Below, piece by piece: positions 9,547 to 19,641 of a stretch of 55,161 nt of DNA. A model generated the notes under the pieces. That model saw only the letters and a list, made by a program, of their open reading frames with translations. It ran no database searches and had not been told where the DNA came from. Numbering within the stretch: the first letter of the stretch is position 1; each line of letters starts with the position of its first letter. The translations under genes and the position numbers were made by a program. Origin of the DNA: a virus (lineage: Duplodnaviria; Caudoviricetes); IMG/VR virus record IMGVR_UViG_3300025120_000065, positions 1 through 55,161 of that record; one strand, given 5' to 3'.

Positions 9547-10440
9547 ATGAATCAAGTAGCAACAATCGACACAAACAATTTCTCAGCAATGGCCCAAGTA
9601 ATGGGCATGGGAGCAGATGCTGCACAGCAGTCATCTAAAGCAAGTACACTTGCACGTTTACGTATTCACCATTCACCTATCATGGGTCAGCAAGAGATTG
9701 CTGGTAAGATGAAGAACGTAGAGGTTGTAAGTGGTGGCACCTACAAGCTAGAGATCCCTGATGGGCCTACATACTACGCTGATAGTGTGTCCATTCGTCC
9801 TTACCTACAACGCTTCATGCATAAGAAGTTTGTTATGGGTAATGACTCAAGACCAAACCGCTATGTCAAAACTGTTATGGGTAATGATCTTAACCATGAC
9901 ATGAAAGACAACGATGGCGGCTTTAACTGTGGTAAACCTGCTGGCTTTATCAAAGATTGGGCTGCACTACCAGACAACATGAAAGACTTGATCAAATCAA
10001 TCAAGCGTGTTCGTGCATTGTTTGGTGTCGTTGAACTGGTCAATCCTACAGACGATCAAGGTAACTCTGTTGACGTGGAGTCTACCCCGTTCATCTGGGA
10101 GATTGACAACCGTGACGCATTCAAAACAGTGGGTGAAGTATTCACTAAGCTGTCAAAGATGCGTCGCTTGCCGCCACAGCATTATGTGTCACTCACCACA
10201 ACAGAAGTACCGTTACCAAATGGTAGCAGCTTCTATGTGCCTAACACTTCACTGGACTTGAACAATACGTTGGACATGGACAATGAAGCACAGGAGAACT
10301 TTGCTAACTTTGTTGCATGGATTGAGAATTACAATACGTATATCCTCAACTCATGGAATGAAAACATGCACAAGAATGAAGAGGTTGACACAGATACTGT
10401 GGAAGAGTTCGTAGACATTGACGCAGAGGACTTTGTCTAA
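9547..10440 (+). CDS. Probable ssDNA-binding/recombination protein
   Basis: Position between polymerase and nuclease; very acidic C-terminal tail ending DAEDFV; function inferred. Confidence 0.55.
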   Translation: MNQVATIDTNNFSAMAQVMGMGADAAQQSSKASTLARLRIHHSPIMGQQEIAGKMKNVEVVSGGTYKLEIPDGPTYYADSVSIRPYLQRFMHKKFVMGNDSRPNRYVKTVMGNDLNHDMKDNDGGFNCGKPAGFIKDWAALPDNMKDLIKSIKRVRALFGVVELVNPTDDQGNSVDVESTPFIWEIDNRDAFKTVGEVFTKLSKMRRLPPQHYVSLTTTEVPLPNGSSFYVPNTSLDLNNTLDMDNEAQENFANFVAWIENYNTYILNSWNENMHKNEEVDTDTVEEFVDIDAEDFV

Positions 10441-11294
10441 TGAACCATCCTGCTGAACTGGCAATCAATCAGTATCTTGAAGATGCTACATCTGGTAAAT
10501 CAACAATGTCGGAAGAAACAATCAAACAGATTGGTGCAGATGTAATGGATGCTGTAAAGCGCCAGTTCGGTGGGGGCAATAAGCGTGACAAGTTTCGGCT
10601 ACGTATGTCTAATGTAGGTAGACCGACTTGTCAGCTTTGGTTTGCAAAGAATAAACCAGAGAAGGCATTGCCCAAGCCGACAACATTCGTAATGAACATG
10701 CTTCTAGGTGACATAGTAGAGGCAGCGTTCAAGGGTATCATAACAGAAGCAGGAGTTAAGTATGAAGACGATGACAACTTTGTTGAGTTACAGTTAGGAG
10801 AGACTACCGTAAAGGGATCATACGATCTTGTGATGGATGGGGCAGTCGATGACGTTAAGTCTGCATCGGACTGGTCATACAGAAACAAGTTTGAATCGTT
10901 CCAAACACTAAAGGACAGTGATCCATTTGGTTACGTAGGGCAACTGGCTGGCTACGCTAAAGCTGCAGGTAAGAAAGCAGGTGGCTGGTGGGTAGTAAAC
11001 AAAGCCAACGGTGGAATTAAATATGTTCCAGCAGATGGTCTTGACATTGATGCAGAGATTACTACATTAGAAGATACTGTTGACACAGTAAACGCTAACG
11101 AGTTCAAGCGTTGCTTTGATCCTGTGCCTGAGACATTCAGGGGCAAGGCATCTGGCAATAAAATATTGAACAGTAACTGTAAGTTCTGTGACTACAGGTT
11201 TGAGTGTTACCATACGCTACAAGAGCTACCATCTAAAGTATCTCAGGCCAAGGTAAAACCCATTGTGGCATACGTAGAAGTAAAGGAGTATTAA
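10440..11294 (+). CDS. PD-(D/E)XK exonuclease (Cas4-like fold)
   Basis: GDIVE, GSYD, DDVKS, QLAGY and C-terminal CKFCDY..C cluster. Confidence 0.8.
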   Translation: MNHPAELAINQYLEDATSGKSTMSEETIKQIGADVMDAVKRQFGGGNKRDKFRLRMSNVGRPTCQLWFAKNKPEKALPKPTTFVMNMLLGDIVEAAFKGIITEAGVKYEDDDNFVELQLGETTVKGSYDLVMDGAVDDVKSASDWSYRNKFESFQTLKDSDPFGYVGQLAGYAKAAGKKAGGWWVVNKANGGIKYVPADGLDIDAEITTLEDTVDTVNANEFKRCFDPVPETFRGKASGNKILNSNCKFCDYRFECYHTLQELPSKVSQAKVKPIVAYVEVKEY

Positions 11295-11522
11295 ATGCTA
11301 GGTGATGATGAAATAAAAGAAATGCAAGAACAGATCAATGCTATGGAACAAGATCTTCTTGAGCGTAAGAAAGCCTTGCACGAGGCTAAGTATGCAGGGT
11401 TACGATCTGCTATGGAAGTACGTAAGGCTGCAGAAGAGACAGTTAGACAAGAGCTACGATCCTTGGGTGTGTCTACTATAAGTAGTTTGCCTAGTCCTTG
11501 GAATGGGTTGTGGCGTATCTAA
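11295..11522 (+). CDS. Small coiled-coil protein
   Basis: AGGAG RBS; heptad pattern. Confidence 0.7.
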   Translation: MLGDDEIKEMQEQINAMEQDLLERKKALHEAKYAGLRSAMEVRKAAEETVRQELRSLGVSTISSLPSPWNGLWRI

Positions 11523-11974
11523 TGAATGGCAAGCAGTTTGCCGCTGCCTTGAAGCATGGGTATAGGAGTGGGCTAGAGATCAAAGTAAAAGACTACTTGG
11601 TAGAACGTAATGTTCGTGTCAAGTACGAAGCCATCAAAATTGAATGGGAAGATCTTATGTACCGCACCTATACCCCAGACTTTGTGTTACCTAATGGGAT
11701 CATAATAGAAACTAAAGGTAGGTTTACATCAGATGATAGACGTAAACATGCCGCTATTAAGAAACAGCATCCCAAGCTAGACATTAGGTTTGTGTTTGAA
11801 AGTAGTAGACGTAAGCTGAGTAAGGGTGCAAAGACAACCTATGGTCAGTGGTGTGAAAGAAATAAGATTTTATTTTATGATAGGATCATCCCAGAAGATT
11901 GGTTAAATGAAAAGGGTAAGGATATGCATCCTGATCTAATACATTTCCCATTCAAGAAAGTGAAGAGGAAATAA
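11522..11974 (+). CDS. Endonuclease I (T7 gp3-like Holliday junction resolvase)
   Basis: YRSGLE, YTPDF, IIETKG, DRRKH, LDIRFVF. Confidence 0.93.
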   Translation: MNGKQFAAALKHGYRSGLEIKVKDYLVERNVRVKYEAIKIEWEDLMYRTYTPDFVLPNGIIIETKGRFTSDDRRKHAAIKKQHPKLDIRFVFESSRRKLSKGAKTTYGQWCERNKILFYDRIIPEDWLNEKGKDMHPDLIHFPFKKVKRK

Positions 11975-11975
11975 T

Positions 11976-12308
11976 ATGGCAGAAGAAAAAGTATTCATGG
12001 ACTTTGATCCAAATGATTTTATTGTACGTATCTCACCTTTCCTAGACCAGAAGGGTAACTGGACAGGGGAGTTGATGGTAGGTACTGTGACTACAGGAGA
12101 GAACACAACTACAGACGATGACTACGTAAACATAATGCGTTTGTGTCACATGGTTTGTGCATCCATTCCAGCTATGGAAGAAGATACTGACATACGAGAT
12201 ACCCTTGCCAAGTATGTCAATGATGTGTTAGAAGATGAGGAGGACAACACACCAAAGGCTACAGTGGAGAGTGTTGAAGATAACGTAGTTAAAGTAAAGT
12301 TTAATTAG
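11976..12308 (+). CDS. Hypothetical protein
   Basis: GAGG RBS; operon packing. Confidence 0.75.
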   Translation: MAEEKVFMDFDPNDFIVRISPFLDQKGNWTGELMVGTVTTGENTTTDDDYVNIMRLCHMVCASIPAMEEDTDIRDTLAKYVNDVLEDEEDNTPKATVESVEDNVVKVKFN

Positions 12309-12319
12309 AGGAGATATGT

Positions 12320-12547
12320 ATGTCAGATACAGATATGGTAAACTCACCAGAGCACTACAACTTTGCAGGAGTAGAATGCATTGATGCCATTCGTGCAGCA
12401 ACTGGTGAGGAAGGTTTTCAGTATTATCTGCAGGGTAATATTATGAAATACCTTTGGCGTTACAGGTACAAGAATGGCATTGAAGACTTACAGAAAGCAC
12501 AGTGGTATCTGAACCAATTAATTGAGGAAGAGAACGGTGATAGTTAA
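12320..12547 (+). CDS. DUF3310 / T7 gp1.7-like protein
   Basis: VNSPEHY, ECIDAI, GNIMKYLWR, KNGIEDLQKAQWYL. Confidence 0.88.
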   Translation: MSDTDMVNSPEHYNFAGVECIDAIRAATGEEGFQYYLQGNIMKYLWRYRYKNGIEDLQKAQWYLNQLIEEENGDS

Positions 12548-12695
12548 AGTCTTTCTTACACTAGAACTAGACGAAGACGAATATCCTATTCCTGTGGATG
12601 GCTTTGTCGATGAAGAAATAAAGGATGCACTACAGGAATTTATCTACGATGTAGATGGTATGACAATTAAATCAATGAAACTAATAACGGAGTGA
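12537..12695 (+). CDS. 52-aa acidic protein, GTG start (not in ORF track)
   Basis: Fills the gap exactly; GAGG upstream. Confidence 0.6.
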   Translation: MIVKVFLTLELDEDEYPIPVDGFVDEEIKDALQEFIYDVDGMTIKSMKLITE

Positions 12696-12700
12696 TGTAC

Positions 12701-14602
12701 ATGGATAACTATTTACCAACAGACTATCAATCCTTCATTCACAAGTCACGATATGCACGATGGCTTGACACAGAAGGTAGACGAGAAGCATGGGATGAAA
12801 CAGTAGAACGTTACATGGATAACGTTGTACGTACTAAAGCTGGCGATGACAGCTATGTAAACAAAATACGTGAGGCTATTCTTAGTTTAGAGGTTATGCC
12901 CTCTATGCGAGCTATGATGACCGCTGGTACGGCACTAGAGCGTGATAACACTGCAGGGTACAACTGCAGTTACCTACCCGTAGATGACCCTAAGTCCTTC
13001 GACGAGGCTATGTTCATCCTCTTGTGTGGTACTGGTGTCGGCTTCAGTGTCGAGAGGCAGTTTATATCTAAGCTCCCTGAAGTTCCTCAGTTGTTCGACA
13101 GTGATACCACAGTCGTTGTCAAAGATAGTAAGGAAGGTTGGGCTAAAGCGTTCCGTCAAGTGCTTGCTCTCCTTTGGGCTGGTGAAATCCCTAAGTGGGA
13201 TGTCTCTAAAGTACGTCCTGCTGGCGCACGATTAAAGATTTTTGGTGGCAGAGCCAGTGGCCCCGCACCGTTGGTAGAGTTGTTTAACTTTGCTGTAACC
13301 ATATTTAAAGCTGCACAAGGACGTAAGTTGTCTAGCCTAGAGTGTCACGATCTTATGTGTTTCATTGGTCAGATTGTAGTTGTAGGTGGTGTACGTAGGT
13401 CAGCCATGATTAGTTTGTCTAACTTATCTGATGATCGTATGCGCTATGCTAAGTCAGGTCAGTGGTGGGAAACTTCCGCACATCGTGCATTAGCCAACAA
13501 CAGTGTTAGTTATACAGAGAAGCCAGACATGGAAACATACATGCGTGAGTGGCAAGCATTAGTTGAAAGTAAATCAGGAGAACGTGGTGTATACAATCGT
13601 CAAGCAGCTAAGAACCAAGCTAAGAAGTTTGGGCGTAGAGATCCAGATCACGAGTTTGGAACTAATCCATGCAGCGAGATCATCCTTCGTCCATATCAGT
13701 TCTGTAATCTTACGGAAGTTGTTGTACGTGCTACAGACACTTTGGCAGATCTTGAGCGAAAAATCCGTTTGGCAACAATTCTGGGAACTATCCAGTCAAC
13801 CTACACCAAGTTCCCATACTTGCGAAAGGTGTGGTCTTCCAATACAGAAGAAGAACGACTGCTTGGTGTGTCACTCACAGGGATAATGGACAACCCTCTG
13901 ATGACATTAAGTAACAAAGGATTGGAGAGTACTCTTGAACATCTTCGTGGGGTCGCTGTATCTACTAATGCTGAATGGGCTGACCGTCTTAATATACCTG
14001 CTGCTGCTGCAATTACATGCGTCAAACCATCGGGAACAGTCTCACAACTGGTGGATAGTGCCAGTGGCATACATGCTCGCCACAGTACCCATTATATCCG
14101 TACTGTCCGTGGTGATAATAAAGATCCGTTGACAAAGTTTATGATGGATCAGGGCATACCTAGTGAGCCATGCGTTATGAAGGGTGATACTACTACAGTG
14201 TTTAGTTTTCCTGTTAAGTCACCCGCAAAGTCAGTAACACGTAACGACATGACCGCCATTGAGCAACTAGAGATGTGGCTTATATACCAGAGACATTTCT
14301 GTGAACACAAACCTAGTGTTACAATCTCTGTACGTGAGGAAGAGTGGATGGAAGTAGGCGCATTTGTGTACAAATACTTTGATGAAATGTCAGGTGTGTC
14401 TTTTTTACCACACTCTGAACATACATATCAACAGGCACCCTATCAAGAAGTAGACAAAGAAACATACAACGTGCTATTAAAGTGTATGCCTAAGAAGATT
14501 AATTGGGCTGGGCTGTCTGAGTACGAGAAAGACGATAACACTATTGCAATGCAGACCATGGCTTGTACTGGTGACGTGTGTGAAATGGTAGATATAACAT
14601 AA
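12701..14602 (+). CDS. nrdJ: Class II (B12-dependent) ribonucleotide reductase
   Basis: PSMR, YNCS, GTNPCSEI, TCVKPSGT, C-terminal CTGDVC; no beta subunit seen in the genome. Confidence 0.92.
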   Translation: MDNYLPTDYQSFIHKSRYARWLDTEGRREAWDETVERYMDNVVRTKAGDDSYVNKIREAILSLEVMPSMRAMMTAGTALERDNTAGYNCSYLPVDDPKSFDEAMFILLCGTGVGFSVERQFISKLPEVPQLFDSDTTVVVKDSKEGWAKAFRQVLALLWAGEIPKWDVSKVRPAGARLKIFGGRASGPAPLVELFNFAVTIFKAAQGRKLSSLECHDLMCFIGQIVVVGGVRRSAMISLSNLSDDRMRYAKSGQWWETSAHRALANNSVSYTEKPDMETYMREWQALVESKSGERGVYNRQAAKNQAKKFGRRDPDHEFGTNPCSEIILRPYQFCNLTEVVVRATDTLADLERKIRLATILGTIQSTYTKFPYLRKVWSSNTEEERLLGVSLTGIMDNPLMTLSNKGLESTLEHLRGVAVSTNAEWADRLNIPAAAAITCVKPSGTVSQLVDSASGIHARHSTHYIRTVRGDNKDPLTKFMMDQGIPSEPCVMKGDTTTVFSFPVKSPAKSVTRNDMTAIEQLEMWLIYQRHFCEHKPSVTISVREEEWMEVGAFVYKYFDEMSGVSFLPHSEHTYQQAPYQEVDKETYNVLLKCMPKKINWAGLSEYEKDDNTIAMQTMACTGDVCEMVDIT

Positions 14603-14613
14603 GGAGATATAAT

Positions 14614-14706
14614 ATGTTTGAAATAATGACGTTTTTTGCAGGTGCAATAGTAGTAGCAGACTTTGTTATCCCGTTGGTAGCGGATACAGTCTCAGGTCTG
14701 TTCTAA
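14614..14706 (+). CDS. 30-aa hydrophobic microprotein (not in ORF track)
   Basis: AAGGAG RBS; TAATG coupling to the next gene. Confidence 0.6.
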   Translation: MFEIMTFFAGAIVVADFVIPLVADTVSGLF

Positions 14707-14894
14707 TGTATGTTCTAGTGCTCATTATGACCTTTCAAGGTGAGATGAAAATACAATCTTATCATACATTATTCACAGACTACGCTAGTTGTAGGAAAGT
14801 AGCAGCACCAATGGAAGAAAGATTAGTGAGCACTAAACCTGCACCAGAAGCAACAGCAGTTACATACTGCATACAGTTACCAACACCCACATAA
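14706..14894 (+). CDS. Small hypothetical protein
   Basis: Coupled start; hydrophobic N-terminus; two Cys. Confidence 0.65.
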   Translation: MYVLVLIMTFQGEMKIQSYHTLFTDYASCRKVAAPMEERLVSTKPAPEATAVTYCIQLPTPT

Positions 14895-14905
14895 GGAGAA
14901 ACACT

Positions 14906-15106
14906 ATGGTAAAGATAACATTAGACGAAGTAGAGTATGAAACAGATGACTTTACTAAGGAACAAAACATCTGGGTAAATGAGATTACATATAACTCAAA
15001 TATCCAGAACCAATTAAACTATCAGTCGAATAGTTTAAAAATATCTAACGAGCTACTTGTTGGTAAGTTACGCAAATCCCTAGAAACTAAAACAGAATCG
15101 GAGTAA
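14906..15106 (+). CDS. Hypothetical protein
   Basis: AAGGAG RBS. Confidence 0.7.
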   Translation: MVKITLDEVEYETDDFTKEQNIWVNEITYNSNIQNQLNYQSNSLKISNELLVGKLRKSLETKTESE

Positions 15107-15109
15107 GAC

Positions 15110-15544
15110 ATGGCTTACAGAAAACCTTTCTCACGTGACCTTTACGCTAAGTATGACGAATCTGCGAAGCAAGCACTGATCACTCACCTTATAGGTGAAG
15201 GTCACGAACTTGTGGATAGCACAGAGTCATACGATGCAGATGTTGTAACACAAAAAGATGGAGTAAAATATTACAGTGAAGCTGAAGTAAAGACTGCGTG
15301 GGTAGGTGAGTGGCCTACCAATTGGGCAGAGATACGTATACTTGAGCGCAAGAAGAAGTTACTATCTAAGCATGATAATCTACAGTTTTATATATTCAGC
15401 AACAGCATGGACAAGTGCTGGTGTATAGATAGCTCACTACTGACAGATGACAAACTACGTGAGGCACGTGGGCGTAACATCTATGCTGGTGAACAATTTT
15501 ACCATGTACCCTACACCGAAGCAACTTTAATCAACGTAGCATAA
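15110..15544 (+). CDS. Hypothetical protein, possible PD-(D/E)XK fold
   Basis: YDADV...EAEVK pattern. Confidence 0.55.
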   Translation: MAYRKPFSRDLYAKYDESAKQALITHLIGEGHELVDSTESYDADVVTQKDGVKYYSEAEVKTAWVGEWPTNWAEIRILERKKKLLSKHDNLQFYIFSNSMDKCWCIDSSLLTDDKLREARGRNIYAGEQFYHVPYTEATLINVA

Positions 15545-15554
15545 GGAGTTTCTT

Positions 15555-15812
15555 ATGATAAAAAGAACTAACAGAAAAGACCGTGGCCTTGGTAAGTATG
15601 ACGCACCATTGCGCTTTCAATATGATCAAGGTTACTCAGCCTTCAAACGTGGGAAAACAATTAATCCCTTTCACAAGGATACAATGCAGTGCAGAGAGTG
15701 GGAGAGGGGATTTAATAAAGCCTACTTTGAACAATTAAAAAGAGTATTAAAGTATGAACAAACTAAAGCAGGAAGCGGAGCAGTTTCTACAGGAGAAGTA
15801 CAGCATGTCTGA
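15555..15812 (+). CDS. Rmf-like small protein
   Basis: YDQGYSAFKRG..NPF....REWERGF resembles the RMF GY.AG..G...CPY.....W..GW pattern. Confidence 0.55.
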   Translation: MIKRTNRKDRGLGKYDAPLRFQYDQGYSAFKRGKTINPFHKDTMQCREWERGFNKAYFEQLKRVLKYEQTKAGSGAVSTGEVQHV

Positions 15813-16134
15813 TTTTAATTCATATCAACGTAATGCATCTAGGACTGCTATCTATCCTGATCAACACAAGATCCTCTACCCTGCGTTGGGTCTTGCTGGT
15901 GAGGCAGGTGAGGTAGCTAACAAAGTAAAGAAGCTTGTACGTGATGGGCCTGACAAACGCCCTGAGACATGGCGAGAGGACATAGCCAGTGAGATAGGTG
16001 ACGTACTGTGGTACTGTGCTGCACTAGCTACTGACCTAAACCTTACGCTGGGTATGATAGCTGGGCAGAATGAGGCAAAGCTAAGTGCTAGAAAAACTGC
16101 AGGTACTATAGGCGGCAGTGGAGACACACGATAA
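15754..16134 (+). CDS. mazG: MazG-like nucleotide pyrophosphohydrolase
   Basis: LGLAGEAGEVA..KK and SEIGDVLWY motifs. Confidence 0.92.
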   Translation: MNKLKQEAEQFLQEKYSMSDFNSYQRNASRTAIYPDQHKILYPALGLAGEAGEVANKVKKLVRDGPDKRPETWREDIASEIGDVLWYCAALATDLNLTLGMIAGQNEAKLSARKTAGTIGGSGDTR

Positions 16135-16140
16135 ACAAAA

Positions 16141-16170
16141 ATAAAGGGGGCTTAATTGCCCCCTCTTTTA
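16141..16170. terminator. Bidirectional intrinsic terminator between the two arms
   Basis: GGGGGC-ttaatt-GCCCCC stem with A tract on the left and T tract on the right. Confidence 0.85.
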
Positions 16171-19100
16171 CTTCCTAGCTTCTGCTATTCCTATTAGTCT
16201 GTTTATATGTTCTGTGTTTAGAACATCTAGCTTATCATCAGGATAATACTTATAGAAATCTAACGTTGCCATCTTACGTAAGTCAGGACGTAGATTACGA
16301 TACCTAACAATGGCTCTTGTGTATTCGTCACCCTCTTTAATACTACCCTCACGTAATGCAGTTTTTATAGAAGTAAACTCTGTTCTTATTAAAGGTTTTA
16401 AATTAGTATTAATATACTTTTCTTCTTTTACTTTTGCTTTAAACTCATCTGATTGTCTAGCATAGTCATTACGATAATACTCCTCAACACCCTGCATTGC
16501 TTCAACTACAGTAGGTACTAGATCACCCAGTAGCTTATTCTCAAACCGTTTGATGCTAGGTACTTTAGATGTACTGCCTAGTCTGTAATCTTTAAAGCCC
16601 ATCCTAGACAGGTACTCACCAGCTTCATTATCTTTTTCACTGAGGTTTAAACCCAAACCAAACCTAGCCAGTGGCATTACACGTTTCTTTGTAGTGTCTT
16701 CAGCAAACAAGAATGAACGTTCAGGTAGCTCTGCCTCTTCCTCTGGTGTAGTAAGAACACCACGTTGTGCCATAGGACGTACAAGCTCACGTTTAAACGT
16801 ACCCATGAAGTCTAACGTAGGATCTTCTGCAGCATCTTTGTATGTTAGTCCACGTATACCTGCAGCCCTCTGTGCTTCTATCACTTGTGCGAAGGGTACA
16901 GCCCATGTGCCTAAGTAGTTGCCTAGTGTACGCCCAGCTAAACGCCCCATACCTTCACCTTTAGTAAGGTCAGTAGCATCAGCAAAGGCAGACACTTCTT
17001 CTAGGATTGCATTGCTTGTGCCTGTACGTAGATTAGTACCAGCAAATGTTTCCACAAACTCTTTGGCGTCAAACCAATCATTGAATGTGCCATCTTCTAA
17101 ACGCTTAGTTGCTTCACCAAGATACAAGTACTGTGGCACAGGATACAGTGGCAGTGTGTCTGCTTGTGTTTCGTCTGATACACCAACCTGATTAAACTCA
17201 GCGGGTGCTTCTTCACTTGTACGGTACATATATGCTGCGCCAACTGCAGCCATACCTGTTAGGTTACGTGATACACGTTGTCTATCTTTAGCAGTAAGAG
17301 GTGCTTTATACTTACCTAGAGTAACAAGCTCTGTCATCTTCTTTGTCAGTGGTATTGATGCACCTGCTGCATACTGACCCATAAGCTCCATGCTGTTAAA
17401 CATAAAGCGTGGAAATTCAAGTAGGATTGTGCCAAAATTATTTGTTATAAACTGTGACGTTTTACGAAACACAGGTACATCAGGTTGTTTTGCATACGTA
17501 ATATCTAGTGACTTTGTTACAGCATCATCTACAATGTTAATAAAAGATCTAGCACCCTCTGGCTTTATAGAGCTTGCATCATTCAGCAAGTCTTTTAGCT
17601 TACCCTCTTGTAGTGCATCAATAAGATCTATCTTATACTCACGCCTAGTTAAACGTTCAAGCTCACCAAAGAATGCACCCCTACGAATAAGATATTCCTG
17701 CCAACGGTTGGGTGTGTTTAGTACATCAGTTACATCTTCAAGACCACTGAGTACATTATCTACTGCACCGCCTTTGCCTCTACCTGTTAGCTCTTGTATT
17801 TCATTAAGGTTATTGAACATTCTGTTGTACTGTGATTCCAACTGTGGTTGTTCAAGAACTAGATCAGTGTACGCCTTGGCTACATCAGGACGATCAAACA
17901 TATACTTCATGTGTCTGAAACTGTCTCTCCAGTTCTCACCAGACACTAACTGCTTACCTGCACCTAAGAAGCCACCAGTTCCCTTACCAATAGGCTGACT
18001 AAACTCATATAGGGCATTGTCCATTACATTACCTAAGCCTTCTAGTGGCGCACGTACACCACCTGACGTAAGGTTACGGGCAGCAGTAGCAATCTGTGAC
18101 ACAAGTAATCCACGACGAACATTCTCAACACGCATAACACCATTACGTATGCTGCCTTGTTGCTCTAGTAATTCTTTTTGTTTAGCATCTGCTTTGATAT
18201 TGTCTGGTTTAACACGAGCTATCTGTGATAGTTTGTTTAGTACCTTACCAGCTTTAGATCCTGAACCAGCTACAGTAAGTACGTAGTCTTCAAACGATAA
18301 GCCGTACCTATTAAGATCATCTATCAGTTCTTGACCACCAATAAGATCTTTATTAACTGTTAATTCAAATAAGTTATCTATAATAGTTTTATTATTATTA
18401 AATGCCTCTGGGTTTTTACGTTTAAGGTCAGATGCAATAGCAACAATACCATTAAACTTATCTGGCTGCAGTATAGGATCTGTGATTACATCGTCACCTA
18501 GTGCTAGATCAAACAGATCACCATCACGTTCTGTAACGGTACGGGCAATGTCTTCACCAGCCTCACGTGCTAAATCAAAGTCAAGTGTTTTTACACCATT
18601 GACTTCTTTTGATACAGTCCTACCTACCTTGTCTTCAAATGCAATGATAAGCTCTTGCGCTATGTCTTTGTTTGCATCCGCAACTTTAGCAGCAGCAATA
18701 CGTGCATCTTCTGCAGCTTCCATAGTAGCAATGCGAGCACCGCCTACGTTGTAACGTTCTGCAATCTTTTTTTGTTTAGTTTCTTTTATAGTTTTCTTTA
18801 CAAGGCCTTTAGCTGCTGCCTTGGGCATAGATTTAGCAATAGATATAAATTTACCAAGAACGCCAACAGCAGGTAAAGTTTCTGAAAACTCTAGTGCACC
18901 AGAGGTTGTGTCCATTATTAAATTTGTAAGCTCTCTAGGAGTAGATATATCAGGATTTCTACCTGCAGAAGCAGCTTTATATAATCCATCTATTACATAA
19001 CTACCCGCCCAGTTCTCAGACATTGCTTCTAATGTATGTTCTATGGCATCTGCTGCTCCAGATCCTCCTATATTTATAGCCTCCCCAAGTTCCATTAGCC

Positions 19101-19641
19101 TTTTAGTACCAAAAGCACCTCCGTATTCAGGAAGAAGACTAATTAATTTTTCAGCAGCACCAGCTTCACCCGCATACGTACCCTCGCCAGATCTTATATC
19201 TTTTGCTATTACTTTGCCAAACGCAGCTATTTCTTCGTCTGTAGCTTCACTAATAAGTTTACCAACGTCTTCACCACTCTCATCTTTAACAAGAATATAA
19301 CCAGAGTATTCTTTTGCTTCAGCTAAACGATCTGCACCAGACCTAAAGGATGGGTCATAGGGTTCTACTTCAGGTACAGGATCTTCATCTGCGCTTGGTA
19401 TACCAAAAGTAGCCATGTCTATTTGTGTAGGGTCTTCATCTACATCTTCTTCTACTTCAGGGAACATAGTTGCAGTAGTATCACCATCACGTTTAGAAGT
19501 GTATTCACTTAACGACATAGAACCCACACCATCTTGTGATGCAGGTTGAGTTGGTAGAGAAGGTGTGACTACTGTATCTTCTTCGTCACTGTCCTTATCT
19601 CTAGACTTTACATAGTCTAAAAGGGAAAGTGTTTCAGCCAT
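16168..19641 (-). CDS. Large internal virion (ejection) protein
   Basis: 1157 aa, helical, last gene of the late arm; call is positional. Confidence 0.65.
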   Translation of the reverse strand: MAETLSLLDYVKSRDKDSDEEDTVVTPSLPTQPASQDGVGSMSLSEYTSKRDGDTTATMFPEVEEDVDEDPTQIDMATFGIPSADEDPVPEVEPYDPSFRSGADRLAEAKEYSGYILVKDESGEDVGKLISEATDEEIAAFGKVIAKDIRSGEGTYAGEAGAAEKLISLLPEYGGAFGTKRLMELGEAINIGGSGAADAIEHTLEAMSENWAGSYVIDGLYKAASAGRNPDISTPRELTNLIMDTTSGALEFSETLPAVGVLGKFISIAKSMPKAAAKGLVKKTIKETKQKKIAERYNVGGARIATMEAAEDARIAAAKVADANKDIAQELIIAFEDKVGRTVSKEVNGVKTLDFDLAREAGEDIARTVTERDGDLFDLALGDDVITDPILQPDKFNGIVAIASDLKRKNPEAFNNNKTIIDNLFELTVNKDLIGGQELIDDLNRYGLSFEDYVLTVAGSGSKAGKVLNKLSQIARVKPDNIKADAKQKELLEQQGSIRNGVMRVENVRRGLLVSQIATAARNLTSGGVRAPLEGLGNVMDNALYEFSQPIGKGTGGFLGAGKQLVSGENWRDSFRHMKYMFDRPDVAKAYTDLVLEQPQLESQYNRMFNNLNEIQELTGRGKGGAVDNVLSGLEDVTDVLNTPNRWQEYLIRRGAFFGELERLTRREYKIDLIDALQEGKLKDLLNDASSIKPEGARSFINIVDDAVTKSLDITYAKQPDVPVFRKTSQFITNNFGTILLEFPRFMFNSMELMGQYAAGASIPLTKKMTELVTLGKYKAPLTAKDRQRVSRNLTGMAAVGAAYMYRTSEEAPAEFNQVGVSDETQADTLPLYPVPQYLYLGEATKRLEDGTFNDWFDAKEFVETFAGTNLRTGTSNAILEEVSAFADATDLTKGEGMGRLAGRTLGNYLGTWAVPFAQVIEAQRAAGIRGLTYKDAAEDPTLDFMGTFKRELVRPMAQRGVLTTPEEEAELPERSFLFAEDTTKKRVMPLARFGLGLNLSEKDNEAGEYLSRMGFKDYRLGSTSKVPSIKRFENKLLGDLVPTVVEAMQGVEEYYRNDYARQSDEFKAKVKEEKYINTNLKPLIRTEFTSIKTALREGSIKEGDEYTRAIVRYRNLRPDLRKMATLDFYKYYPDDKLDVLNTEHINRLIGIAEARK

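Noticed and set aside
7466-14602. Inteins or introns in polymerase or RNR
   Set aside because: Lengths are normal, frames are continuous, and no splicing motifs are visible.
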